Position numbers and translations under genes: made by a program
The notes under the pieces: model-generated
The model's input: only the letters and a program-made list of their open reading frames with translations
Databases searched by the model: none
Told to the model about the DNA's origin: nothing
Part shown: piece by piece, positions 30,143-39,545 of the stretch
Position numbering within the stretch: position 1 is the first letter of the stretch
Layout: every line of letters starts with the position of its first letter
IMG/VR virus record: IMGVR_UViG_3300042868_005134
Span: 186,001 to 250,000 of that record
Reading direction: 5' to 3' (one strand)
DNA length: 64,000 nt

Positions 30143-30968
30143 AGGTCATGTATTTTTAGCACAAAATTCCACAGTCGACTATGTTAGACAAGCCTGTGCT
30201 TTAGCTTTAAGTATTAAAAAACATAATAAACAACACAATCAAACTTGTGTTATTACCAATGACGATATTCCTGAAGAATACAAACACGCATTTGATTATA
30301 TAGTTCCTATTCCATGGACTGATATAGCAAAAGATTCTGTATGGAAAATAGAAAATAGATGGAAAATTATTCATGCTACTCCATTCAAGGAGAATATTGT
30401 CTATGATACTGATATGATATTGCTAAACTCCAACGATCATTGGTGGCCACATTTATCCAAGCATGAACTATTGTTTACATCCACAGTTACTGATTATAGA
30501 AACAACATTGTAACAAGTGATTTTTATCGTAAAACTTTTACAGCAAATGCGTTACCTAACTTGTATGTTGGAGCATTTTATTTTAGAAAAACAAATAAAT
30601 CCTATGAGTTTTTTAAATGGCTCGACTTGCTAACTGCCAATTGGAAAACTTTTTATCAAAAATTTTTATCAACACAGCCACAAAAATTTTGTAGCATGGA
30701 TGTAAATGCTGCCCTTGCTGTAAAATTTATGGATTGCGAATCGCAAGTTTTAGTTAACAAAACTTTTATACCCGGCTTTACACACATGAAGCCCGCATTA
30801 CAAGGGTGGAATAATGTACCCGCAAAATGGACAAGTGTGTTACCTAGTTATTTCTCGGATGATTGCCAGTTAAAAGTTGGTAACGTACAACAACAAGGTT
30901 TATTCCATTATGTAGAGGATGAATTTTTAACCGAAGACATACTACATAAGTTGTCTAGACAAACATGA
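30135..30968 (+). CDS. Glycosyltransferase, GT-A fold (paralog of the previous gene)
   Basis: 'TPFKENIVYDTDMIL' DxD motif, 'FTHMKP', 'FHYVE'. ATG at 30135 preferred over the GTG at 30126. Confidence 0.7.
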   Translation: MSKGHVFLAQNSTVDYVRQACALALSIKKHNKQHNQTCVITNDDIPEEYKHAFDYIVPIPWTDIAKDSVWKIENRWKIIHATPFKENIVYDTDMILLNSNDHWWPHLSKHELLFTSTVTDYRNNIVTSDFYRKTFTANALPNLYVGAFYFRKTNKSYEFFKWLDLLTANWKTFYQKFLSTQPQKFCSMDVNAALAVKFMDCESQVLVNKTFIPGFTHMKPALQGWNNVPAKWTSVLPSYFSDDCQLKVGNVQQQGLFHYVEDEFLTEDILHKLSRQT

Positions 30969-31513
30969 CAGTAATTAACAAAATGTATGTACAATACGAT
31001 GATACAGGTCGAGTACACTACGTTAACAATTTTCAAGATCCTGTACTTAAGAATTTCGAAATTGATCTAGAATTAATTTTAGACTTTTTATCGGATGGCA
31101 ATAAAGACTGTAAGAAATATAAAATTAATTATTTTTTCAATCTAAGTAAGGGTGTTGTTGAACACGAATCCGAACAACAAGATATACAAACTCCGTTTCC
31201 TGTTGTAATGTCTAGGACAACTTCTTATCAAAACGAGATTACATTAGATCATAATCTACTAGAATCTAAATGGACAATTCATGTTAGACCAGACCTAACA
31301 GATCAGTTAGCAATAAGTTCTGATTTTGTATTTTTTATTTGTAAGAAAGATGACCCGCATTATCTGTATTCTACTCTAGTTGTTCAACCAGATAATCTTA
31401 AAACTGGCAAGTTTGATTTGTTTTTTATTCATGATCATGAAAAAGACATAAACAATATAAGTGTTGTGCCGATTCGATCGTTTAAATCGTACGGGCTAAA
31501 GGAAATTAAATGA
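30965..31513 (+). CDS. Hypothetical protein
   Basis: 182-aa ORF with ATGA overlaps on both sides. Confidence 0.7.
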   Translation: MTVINKMYVQYDDTGRVHYVNNFQDPVLKNFEIDLELILDFLSDGNKDCKKYKINYFFNLSKGVVEHESEQQDIQTPFPVVMSRTTSYQNEITLDHNLLESKWTIHVRPDLTDQLAISSDFVFFICKKDDPHYLYSTLVVQPDNLKTGKFDLFFIHDHEKDINNISVVPIRSFKSYGLKEIK

Positions 31514-32427
31514 GTCAAAAATTTAAAGTTATGGACTGCGATATTGTATATTTGAGCTATGACGAACCAAATGCCGAAGAAAATTACGCAGACTTACTGA
31601 CCAAAGTGCCATGGGCAAAACGTGTACATGGTGTAGAAGGTAGTGATGCCGCACATAAAGCCTGTGCTAGGCTAAGTGAAACAGATCGATTAATAGTTGT
31701 AGATGGCGACAACAAAATTCGTCCCGAGTTTCTTAAACAAGAAGTTGAATTTAAAGATGAAGTTGAACTTGATAAAAGTGTTATTAGTTGGGGAGCACAA
31801 AATGTCATCAATGGATTGATTTACGGTAACGGCGGCATCAAATGTTGGCCTACTCAGTTAGTACTTGACATGAAAACACACGAAGCAGCTGAAAGTGACA
31901 ATTCCAAGACACAAGTAGATTTTTGTTGGGATATCAATTACATACAGATGGAACAATGTATGAGCGATGTATATAACAACGCTAATGCCCAACAGGCCTG
32001 GCGAGCTGGATTCCGTGAAGGTGTTAAAATGGGTTTGCTCGAAGGGTCAAAAGCAGACAATATTGTAAAACAAGTACACTGGAAAAATTTTCAAAGACTG
32101 TTAGTATGGATGCATGTTGGAATGGATGTTAAGAATGGTGAATGGGCAATCTATGGCGCCAGACAAGGTTGCTATATGACCAATTGTACTGACTGGGATT
32201 TCGTCAATGTTAGAGACTTTAAATGGTTAAATTCCTATTGGACAGAACATGACAGTAAAACAACTGACAAGATGTTACCATTTGAAATTATGGGTATCGG
32301 CGAAACACTTAAACATGAACTAGATATGTCTATGGCTGATCCATTCACCAGTGAGCAAAGTACACTATTTAAATCGTTGTATACCAATCCACCACGTATG
32401 AAAAACACATTTATTGTGGGATCATAA
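31510..32427 (+). CDS. Glycosyltransferase, GT-A fold (GT2-like)
   Basis: 'DIVYLSYDEPNA', 'KRVHGVEG..AAH', 'VVDGDN' DxD motif, 'YGNGGIK', 'AWRAGFRE'. Confidence 0.65.
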   Translation: MSQKFKVMDCDIVYLSYDEPNAEENYADLLTKVPWAKRVHGVEGSDAAHKACARLSETDRLIVVDGDNKIRPEFLKQEVEFKDEVELDKSVISWGAQNVINGLIYGNGGIKCWPTQLVLDMKTHEAAESDNSKTQVDFCWDINYIQMEQCMSDVYNNANAQQAWRAGFREGVKMGLLEGSKADNIVKQVHWKNFQRLLVWMHVGMDVKNGEWAIYGARQGCYMTNCTDWDFVNVRDFKWLNSYWTEHDSKTTDKMLPFEIMGIGETLKHELDMSMADPFTSEQSTLFKSLYTNPPRMKNTFIVGS

Positions 32428-33101
32428 TGTACGATATTGTATTCATAAGTTATCAAGAACCCAATGCTGACAGCAATTGGAAGTTGCTAAACCGTAGATT
32501 TCCATTTGCTAGACGTGTACACGGAGTAAAAGGTATACATCAAGCGCACATCGCCGCCGCAAAAAAGTGTTTCACTGACATGCTGTGGGTAGTTGACGGC
32601 GACGCAGTGGTGCTTGACTCATTCAACTTTGATTATGTACCACAAGATCCTGAATATGTATTTGTTTGGCGAAGTAAAAATCCCGTAAATGACTTAGAGT
32701 ACGGCAACGGTGGAATAAAATTGTTGCCCAGGCTAATGACATTAAATATGGATACTAGCAAACCTGATATGACAACTAGTATTAGTACTAAATTTAAACC
32801 TGTAAAAATAGTCAGTAACATAACGACATTTAACACCGATCCATTTAACACTTGGAAAAGCGCATTTAGAGAATGCTCTAAATTGTCAAGTACTGTTATC
32901 GACAGGCAAAAGCAAGACGAAACAGCAGACAGATTACATATATGGTGTACGAAAGGTATCGGTAGACCTTACGGTGATTGCGCTATTGCTGGCGCCCTAG
33001 CAGGTAAAGCATATGGTGACGCTAACAAAAATAATTTAGAAGCACTGAAGAAGATTAATGACTTTGAGTGGTTGGATAGAAAATTTAAGGAAACTTTATG
33101 A
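32427..33101 (+). CDS. Glycosyltransferase, GT-A fold (paralog of the previous gene)
   Basis: 'DIVFISYQEPNA', 'RRVHGVKGIHQAH', 'VVDGDA', 'YGNGGIK', 'WKSAFRE'. Confidence 0.65.
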   Translation: MYDIVFISYQEPNADSNWKLLNRRFPFARRVHGVKGIHQAHIAAAKKCFTDMLWVVDGDAVVLDSFNFDYVPQDPEYVFVWRSKNPVNDLEYGNGGIKLLPRLMTLNMDTSKPDMTTSISTKFKPVKIVSNITTFNTDPFNTWKSAFRECSKLSSTVIDRQKQDETADRLHIWCTKGIGRPYGDCAIAGALAGKAYGDANKNNLEALKKINDFEWLDRKFKETL

Positions 33102-34033
33102 GTGAAAAGCAAAGCAGTACTATCGAGTGGTTGTATGGACTAGAAGATTATTTTAATTTTTCTAACAACACAGAAGCTGCGGATTATATTAGAAATATTA
33201 TTACTATATTTTATGCAGACAATCCAGCAGCAGCATTAAAGAAATTATGTGTTAGCGCATTTGAATCTATCGATGACACTGAACAGTTTGCTAAGGTTGT
33301 CAACTTATATTTTACGGCACTAGACAAGAATTTTTCATTGCTAGAGCTTGCAAGTAATGCTAGAATCTTATTTCCTAAAGAAAAAATATTTAATGCTATT
33401 CATATGTACAGTCGTAATAATTCTAATATAGAAACATTAAACGATGCGCTGAGCAAGAGTCAAATTAAAAGTAAAATTTGGTTAGTAGAAGAACTAGCTA
33501 AGATAAAAACTAACTACGATAATGTAGCAGTTATGGCTGGATGGTACGGACAAATAAAATCAATTTATGACAAAAGGTTAACTTATGCTAAAATGAGAAT
33601 TATTGAATTGGATAAATCTGCGTGTGAAACTAGCGATTATATTTTTAATTTAAGCAATTTAGAAAATTATAAAGTTAAGTCAGTTAATGCCGATATCAAC
33701 AATCTTACACTACACAAAAATGGTTATGAGTGGGACGTTGAAAATTTTAAAGAAGGTTCTAAATATACGGAGAAATTTTTACCTGATTTAATCATCAATA
33801 CCAGTGCCGAGCACATGACCGAAGAATGGTTTCATCAAATTAGATTTAAAGAATTGGAAAGCAATCCCGTTGTGGCAATACAAAGTAATAATATGTTTGA
33901 CGGAGAAGGACATGTTAATTGTGTTCATAGTATTGACCATATGAAGAAAAAGTTTCTCATGAAGGAAATTTTGTTTGAAGGTGAGCTACAGCTTAAGGGA
34001 TATAAGCGTGTTATGCTTATAGGACGTCCATGA
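33098..34033 (+). CDS. Class I SAM-dependent methyltransferase-like protein
   Basis: C-terminal Rossmann-like pattern: 'VAVMAGWYG' (motif I), 'IIELD' (acidic motif II), 'NADI', 'DLIINTSAEHM'. Confidence 0.6.
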   Translation: MSEKQSSTIEWLYGLEDYFNFSNNTEAADYIRNIITIFYADNPAAALKKLCVSAFESIDDTEQFAKVVNLYFTALDKNFSLLELASNARILFPKEKIFNAIHMYSRNNSNIETLNDALSKSQIKSKIWLVEELAKIKTNYDNVAVMAGWYGQIKSIYDKRLTYAKMRIIELDKSACETSDYIFNLSNLENYKVKSVNADINNLTLHKNGYEWDVENFKEGSKYTEKFLPDLIINTSAEHMTEEWFHQIRFKELESNPVVAIQSNNMFDGEGHVNCVHSIDHMKKKFLMKEILFEGELQLKGYKRVMLIGRP

Positions 34034-34257
34034 TAGATTTAGAAACATTCGAATTACGTAAACTACAAACAGAAGCTGCTCGCGCATTGTCTTCGATGGA
34101 AGCAACTAATGACAATATATACAAATTTAACCAAGTTGCTAGACATGACAGTCATTTATGGTATAAAGCTGTAATTAATTGGTATATAGAACAACATGGG
34201 GGCCTCCCAAGCGAGATAGGTCCAGGCTCAACAGTTAAAATGGTAACAACACAATGA
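34030..34257 (+). CDS. Small hypothetical protein (75 aa)
   Basis: SD AGGA; ATGA overlaps with both the methyltransferase and the first radical SAM gene. Confidence 0.7.
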   Translation: MIDLETFELRKLQTEAARALSSMEATNDNIYKFNQVARHDSHLWYKAVINWYIEQHGGLPSEIGPGSTVKMVTTQ

Positions 34258-35417
34258 TGTATAATTATGATGATATAAAAACAGTTCACTTAGAAATTAC
34301 TGATAAGTGTAATGCTGCTTGCCCTATGTGTGCAAGAAATATCAATGGTGGTGAAGATAATCCTCAGTTGCCAAATACTGAAATCACACTAGCAGATGCT
34401 GAAATAATTTTTCCAGTAGATTTTGTTAAACAACTTGATCGAATGTATATGTGCGGTAATTTTGGTGATCCTATGGCAGCATCTGACACACTTGAAGTTT
34501 TTCAATATTTTAGGAAACATAATCCTAAAATGTCGTTGTCGTTACACACTAACGGCAGTGCTAAAACAACTGAATGGTGGAAAACTTTAGCAGCAACACT
34601 AAGTCCTAACGGGTATGTGGTATTTGGTATTGACGGATTAGCGGATACTAATCACTTGTATAGGCAAAATACTAATTTTGACAAGATTATGCAAAATGCT
34701 CAGGCTTTCATCGATGCGGGTGGCAGAGCTCGTTGGGATTACATTGTATTTGCACATAATGAGCACCAAGTTGAAGAAGCAGAAAAATTAGCTAACAACA
34801 TGAAGTTTGAAAAATTTCAAATTAAAAAGTCGGCAAGATTTGTTAGTAATGACGGCACTACTAAAGACCAGCACATTGCTCGTAATCGGAAAGGTATGTC
34901 TACTTTATTACAGCCCCCTACTAACCCTAAGTATCGAAATAGTGCATTACAAGAAATAAGTAAGATTGAGAGTAAGTCCAGAGTTGTTAAATTTAATCCT
35001 AGCAAAGTTTCAGAATTAACAATTTTAAAAAAACAAGTATTCAATACTGATCCTGAAAAGAAATCTCCTATTGAAAAATACTGGGATACTACTGAAATTA
35101 CATGTAAAGTTGCAGAAGAAAAAAGCATTTATATCAGCGCAGAAGGCATAGTACAACCTTGTTGTTGGACAGCTGGTCAAATGTATGTGTGGTTTTTACA
35201 ACCTAAGAGTACGCAAATTTGGTCTCTTATAGACGAAATTGGAAAAGACAAATTAAACGCTAAACTCACTTCGCTAAAGAGTATAGTTGACGGATTATTC
35301 TTTCAAGACTTACTACCTGAAAGTTGGAAGAAAACAAGTTGTGCTACTGGAAAACTGGCAATATGTGCTAGGACATGCGGCGGTAAGTATAACGCCTTTG
35401 CTGAACAATTTAAATAA
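34254..35417 (+). CDS. Radical SAM enzyme with C-terminal twitch/SPASM-like domain (type C)
   Basis: CNAACPMC; 'CGNFGDP'; 'HTNG'; C-terminal 'TCK...IYISAEG.VQPCC...CARTC'. Confidence 0.9.
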   Translation: MMYNYDDIKTVHLEITDKCNAACPMCARNINGGEDNPQLPNTEITLADAEIIFPVDFVKQLDRMYMCGNFGDPMAASDTLEVFQYFRKHNPKMSLSLHTNGSAKTTEWWKTLAATLSPNGYVVFGIDGLADTNHLYRQNTNFDKIMQNAQAFIDAGGRARWDYIVFAHNEHQVEEAEKLANNMKFEKFQIKKSARFVSNDGTTKDQHIARNRKGMSTLLQPPTNPKYRNSALQEISKIESKSRVVKFNPSKVSELTILKKQVFNTDPEKKSPIEKYWDTTEITCKVAEEKSIYISAEGIVQPCCWTAGQMYVWFLQPKSTQIWSLIDEIGKDKLNAKLTSLKSIVDGLFFQDLLPESWKKTSCATGKLAICARTCGGKYNAFAEQFK

Positions 35418-35418
35418 T

Positions 35419-36369
35419 TTAAATTATTATTTTTTTAGATATATTAGTTTCTAAGGCACAGCTACACCACGCCTGTTTACAAACTACTGGTGTTTTCGAT
35501 AATCCTTTAAAATCTTTTAAAGTTCCTAAATTCTGCCCTTGACTACAACTAGCGCCAGTTATGTCTCCAAAAAAAGAAATATATAAACAATCTGCTCCAA
35601 TATTACAAGTCCAGTTAAAAAACTTGTTTAATCTATTGTTAAGCAAATACTGATCGTCAAGAGGTTCTTCTTGTCCATTATCGTATTTTATAAATGTTTG
35701 TCCAAATCCCCGACCTTGACTTAGATTGAATGGAAACGCTTTATTTACAGGTGTTTCTTTTTCGAACCATGCCAGCTGTTGTTCTGTGTACTCGTAGCTA
35801 GTATCTTGTTCTAATTGATCTTTCTTAAATACTCTAGTAAATCCAGTATGTGCCATACTGTCCATGATTTTAAATTTATTGTATACTTCGACGCACTTAT
35901 CCCATAACGGTGGCCACATTAATACAAATACTCCAGCATTGGTAACTTTGCCAATAGCATCCATTTTTTCAAATATATCTGTATTATCCCATTCTGGATG
36001 ATAGCTCAATGTAACTTTGTACAATTTTGGAGCATATTCTTGCCACCAGGCTAAACTCCGTGTACCGTTTGTGTTAACATGGCAGTGCCAATTATATTCG
36101 TTAAACTTGTCGCACAAGAATTCAAAGTGCGGAGAAATAGTAGGTTCTCCGCCGTTTAAAAATATATGTACTGGTCTATCTTTAACTTCTTCTTTTAGCT
36201 TAGATAAGAAATTTTCTAGTATCGCACGATCTTCTACCTTGTTGATTATAGTGTTAGTGCCTCGATGTAGTAAATCAGGACAATAGGTACAGTGATATGT
36301 ACAAATACTGTTCAAAGTCCAATTAATTACAAGTACATTATTCTTGTCATAGATTTCTATAGGTTTCAT
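35419..36369 (-). CDS. Radical SAM enzyme (type D)
   Basis: CTYHCTYC; 'GGEPT'; 'NTNG'; C-terminal Cys cluster 'WTC..G...I...G.I..ASC...C....CSC'. Confidence 0.9.
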   Translation of the reverse strand: MKPIEIYDKNNVLVINWTLNSICTYHCTYCPDLLHRGTNTIINKVEDRAILENFLSKLKEEVKDRPVHIFLNGGEPTISPHFEFLCDKFNEYNWHCHVNTNGTRSLAWWQEYAPKLYKVTLSYHPEWDNTDIFEKMDAIGKVTNAGVFVLMWPPLWDKCVEVYNKFKIMDSMAHTGFTRVFKKDQLEQDTSYEYTEQQLAWFEKETPVNKAFPFNLSQGRGFGQTFIKYDNGQEEPLDDQYLLNNRLNKFFNWTCNIGADCLYISFFGDITGASCSQGQNLGTLKDFKGLSKTPVVCKQAWCSCALETNISKKIII

Positions 36370-36377
36370 ATTACGTC

Positions 36378-36397
36378 TATTTATCTAGCCATAAATA
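36378..36397. promoter_or_regulatory. Divergent pair of late-like promoters
   Basis: TATTTAT (36378-36384) and ATAAATA (36391-36397) between divergent radical SAM genes. Confidence 0.65.
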
Positions 36398-36401
36398 TCT
36401 C

Positions 36402-37679
36402 ATGACACCAAATACTATATTTCCAATTAAGTCTGAAACTGCCTGTTTATTAAAATGGGCCTGGAGCAGTCTTTTCGTATATCAAGGAACTTCTAGCTCA
36501 TGCCATCGAACAATACATTCTTCGTTTGGTCCAGAGTTAATAGGCACTTTTCACAATACTCCTGAAAAAATCAAAGAACGTGAATTAATGCTTAACGGTA
36601 AATGGCCAGGTCGCGGGTGTGAATATTGCCGAGATATTGAAGCCGCCGGCGGCACAAGTGATCGTATGAGAGAATTGGAAGGGTTGTCGGATCCACTTTA
36701 CCGAGGATTTATCCCGCCAGAATTAAAAGATAATCCCTTTGCTACAGTTGTCACTCCTACTATGTTAGAAGTTTACTTTAGTAATTTGTGTAATATGACA
36801 TGCTTGTATTGCGGCCCAGATTTAAGTACACAATGGGTCGCTGAAAATAATATTCATGCAGGTGATCGTGGTAAACAGCAATTTAAAATACATCAAGAAC
36901 GACAAAATTTATATCCTGAGCGTTTAAAATATTTTTGGGAATGGTTATCAAACAACTATCAAAGTCTCAGGATGTTTAACGTATTAGGTGGCGAGCCATT
37001 TTACCAAGATGAAACAGAACAATGTATTGAATTTTGGAATAACAATCCCAATCCCAAAATGCATTTTAGCATATTTTCTAATTTAAAAGTTAAGCCTGAA
37101 AAATTTAAAAAAATATTAGATAAATTTGATTATCTTATTAAAAATAAAAAAGTAAGTTCTATAGGGATAACAGCTAGTCTTGATTGTTGGGGCGTCGAAC
37201 AAGAATATGTGCGATGGGGCGTAGATTTAAATGAGTGGGAAACTAATTTCAAAACTCTTGTTTACGATTACCCTAGCATAAAGATTTGCGTTAACAGTAC
37301 AATAAATTGCCTTTCTATAAAAACTATGCCCGAATTACTAACTAGAATTAATGATTGTAATTCTTATCGTAAAAGTATTACAGGTAATGATATTATTCAT
37401 AGTTTTAATATGTTAACGGAACCAAACTTCATGAATGCTAAGATTTTCCCGGCAGGGTTCTTCGATGAAGATTTTAAAAAGATTTTAACTGTTATGCCTT
37501 CAGCCACAGCAAGAGAGCAGAGTCTAAAAGAGCATATGGAAGGTATTTGGAAAGCATACAATTCTGCCAAACACGATCCTAGTCAAATTGCTTTGTTAAA
37601 AGAAGTACTCGACGAAGCAGACAAGCGTCACAAAACCAATTGGCAAACAATTTTTCCTTGGTTAACGGACATACATTAA
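36402..37679 (+). CDS. Radical SAM enzyme with N-terminal auxiliary Cys domain (type B)
   Basis: N-terminal 'ACLLKW...SSCHR...GCEYC'; core CNMTCLYC; 'GGEP'. Confidence 0.9.
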   Translation: MTPNTIFPIKSETACLLKWAWSSLFVYQGTSSSCHRTIHSSFGPELIGTFHNTPEKIKERELMLNGKWPGRGCEYCRDIEAAGGTSDRMRELEGLSDPLYRGFIPPELKDNPFATVVTPTMLEVYFSNLCNMTCLYCGPDLSTQWVAENNIHAGDRGKQQFKIHQERQNLYPERLKYFWEWLSNNYQSLRMFNVLGGEPFYQDETEQCIEFWNNNPNPKMHFSIFSNLKVKPEKFKKILDKFDYLIKNKKVSSIGITASLDCWGVEQEYVRWGVDLNEWETNFKTLVYDYPSIKICVNSTINCLSIKTMPELLTRINDCNSYRKSITGNDIIHSFNMLTEPNFMNAKIFPAGFFDEDFKKILTVMPSATAREQSLKEHMEGIWKAYNSAKHDPSQIALLKEVLDEADKRHKTNWQTIFPWLTDIH

Positions 37680-37682
37680 ATA
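37677..37682 (+). promoter_or_regulatory. T4-late-like TAAATA box
   Basis: Overlaps the upstream stop codon; 4 nt before the SDR ATG. Confidence 0.5.
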
Positions 37683-37686
37683 CTAG

Positions 37687-38232
37687 ATGAAAATACTTAT
37701 TACTGGAAATCCAAATTTTGGCTTAGCATCTGAATTGTTTAAGCTATACCCTGACGCAACATTCATATCGAGAGAAAGTGGATATGATTTAACCACCCGA
37801 GAAGGTTATCGTAAACTAGGTGAGATAGTCGCAGAATACGATATTTTTATCAATTCAAGTGCGTTATGGAAATTTAATCAAACGCTAGTACTTGATGCTG
37901 TATATAAAAAATGTGTAGAGATCAAACACAATATGCGAATCATTTGTATAGGTAGCACTACAGATAGAGTTAAGAAAGCAACATCGTGGATTTATAACGC
38001 TGAGAAAAAAGCACTACGTGATTATTCAAATAGTTTAAGTTTAACAGGTGTGTGGGATTCAGGCCCAACAGTCTCGCTAATCAGTTTTGGCAGTTTGTCT
38101 AATGTACAAGAAAAACACCCAGGCCGTGTTTGTTTAGAACTATCACGTGCCGCATCTTATATTAAATGGTTGATTGACCAGCCTTCGGATATATGTATTA
38201 ATGAAATCAGTATTGACCCTTTACAACATTAA
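37687..38232 (+). CDS. Short-chain dehydrogenase/reductase (SDR)
   Basis: 'KILITG...GL' Rossmann start, 'FINSSA', 'IGS', catalytic YxxxK ('YNAEK'). Confidence 0.75.
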   Translation: MKILITGNPNFGLASELFKLYPDATFISRESGYDLTTREGYRKLGEIVAEYDIFINSSALWKFNQTLVLDAVYKKCVEIKHNMRIICIGSTTDRVKKATSWIYNAEKKALRDYSNSLSLTGVWDSGPTVSLISFGSLSNVQEKHPGRVCLELSRAASYIKWLIDQPSDICINEISIDPLQH

Positions 38233-39545
38233 TGACTAAAACCTTTTGTCCTATTCCTTGGAATTTCCAAGCAGTCCGTAATAACGGAGATATTCGTGTA
38301 TGTTGTCAAGCCAACGTAACAGAAAATCAAGGTGTGGTTAGACATGCGGACGGTACTCCGTTCAACGCTGGTAAAGATGATATGGAAATTGCTCGAAATG
38401 CCACACTGATGAAAGAAGTTCGTATGAACATGTTGACAGGCGAGTGGAGTAAAGAATGCGGCCGGTGCCAACAAGAAGAAGCAAGTGGCTTAAACAGTCG
38501 TAGACAATACGAACTAGATAACTGGAAATTTAGTATAGATGATGCTCGCAACATTACAGACGTTGATGGCACCATTAAAAATAGACAGTTAGAATATTAT
38601 GATTTACGATTTGGTAACTTATGTAACTTAGCGTGTCGTATGTGTGGTCCAACCGATAGTCATACTTGGTATGAACAATGGACAGAATATCATGGTAGTA
38701 CAGATTACGCAGACACACACGGCATTGTAAAACTAATTAAAAACTCTAAAGGCAGATTAAGTACTGAGGATTATGATTGGCATAACAGTGAAACATTCTG
38801 GCAGCAAATAGAAGCTAATATTCCAAATATCAAACATGTCTATATGGCCGGCGGTGAACCAATGATGATTGAACGTCATTATGAGTTCTTACAAAAGTGT
38901 ATCGATATGGGTCAAAGTAACAAGATGATTATCGAGTACAATACTAACATGAGTAATTTGCCACAACGTGTATTGGATATGTGGACGCAGTTTAAGCAAG
39001 TTCGTGTTGGCGCCAGTATGGATGGTATGGGCGATGTAGTAGAATATCAGCGCTGGCCTCTAAAGTGGAGCCAGGCATATAAGAACTTACAAAAGCTAGA
39101 TGAATATGCACAAAATAATTCCAATATACTTGCTTGGTTAGCGTGTACAGTAACAGCATATAACATTTGGCACATACCTCGTTTTATGAAGTGGAAATTA
39201 CAAAGTAGTGGATTTAAAAAGATTAATAGTACAAAAAAACGTCCTATCATAACACATCATGTGGCACATGGTCCAAAACGTGTTAATGTACGGGTATTGC
39301 CAGCTGACATGAAACAAGAGATAGTTGAATACTATGCTCGTTGGATAGAAGAATTTAAAACAGAATATCCAGAAGATATTGCTAAGAACGCTGAAAATAT
39401 TTTAAACAGCATTACCAAGTATATGTTAGATGCAGATTACAGTGATAAACTTCCTGAGTTTATTAAGTTTACAAAGTATTTAGACAGTGCCAGAGATCAG
39501 CATATTGTTGATATAGCACCAGAATTTAAACGATTATTTGATTAA
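38232..39545 (+). CDS. Radical SAM enzyme with N-terminal twitch-like domain (type A)
   Basis: 'FCPIPW...G.IRVCC...ECGRC'; core CNLACRMC; 'GGEP'; 'YNTN'. Confidence 0.9.
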   Translation: MTKTFCPIPWNFQAVRNNGDIRVCCQANVTENQGVVRHADGTPFNAGKDDMEIARNATLMKEVRMNMLTGEWSKECGRCQQEEASGLNSRRQYELDNWKFSIDDARNITDVDGTIKNRQLEYYDLRFGNLCNLACRMCGPTDSHTWYEQWTEYHGSTDYADTHGIVKLIKNSKGRLSTEDYDWHNSETFWQQIEANIPNIKHVYMAGGEPMMIERHYEFLQKCIDMGQSNKMIIEYNTNMSNLPQRVLDMWTQFKQVRVGASMDGMGDVVEYQRWPLKWSQAYKNLQKLDEYAQNNSNILAWLACTVTAYNIWHIPRFMKWKLQSSGFKKINSTKKRPIITHHVAHGPKRVNVRVLPADMKQEIVEYYARWIEEFKTEYPEDIAKNAENILNSITKYMLDADYSDKLPEFIKFTKYLDSARDQHIVDIAPEFKRLFD

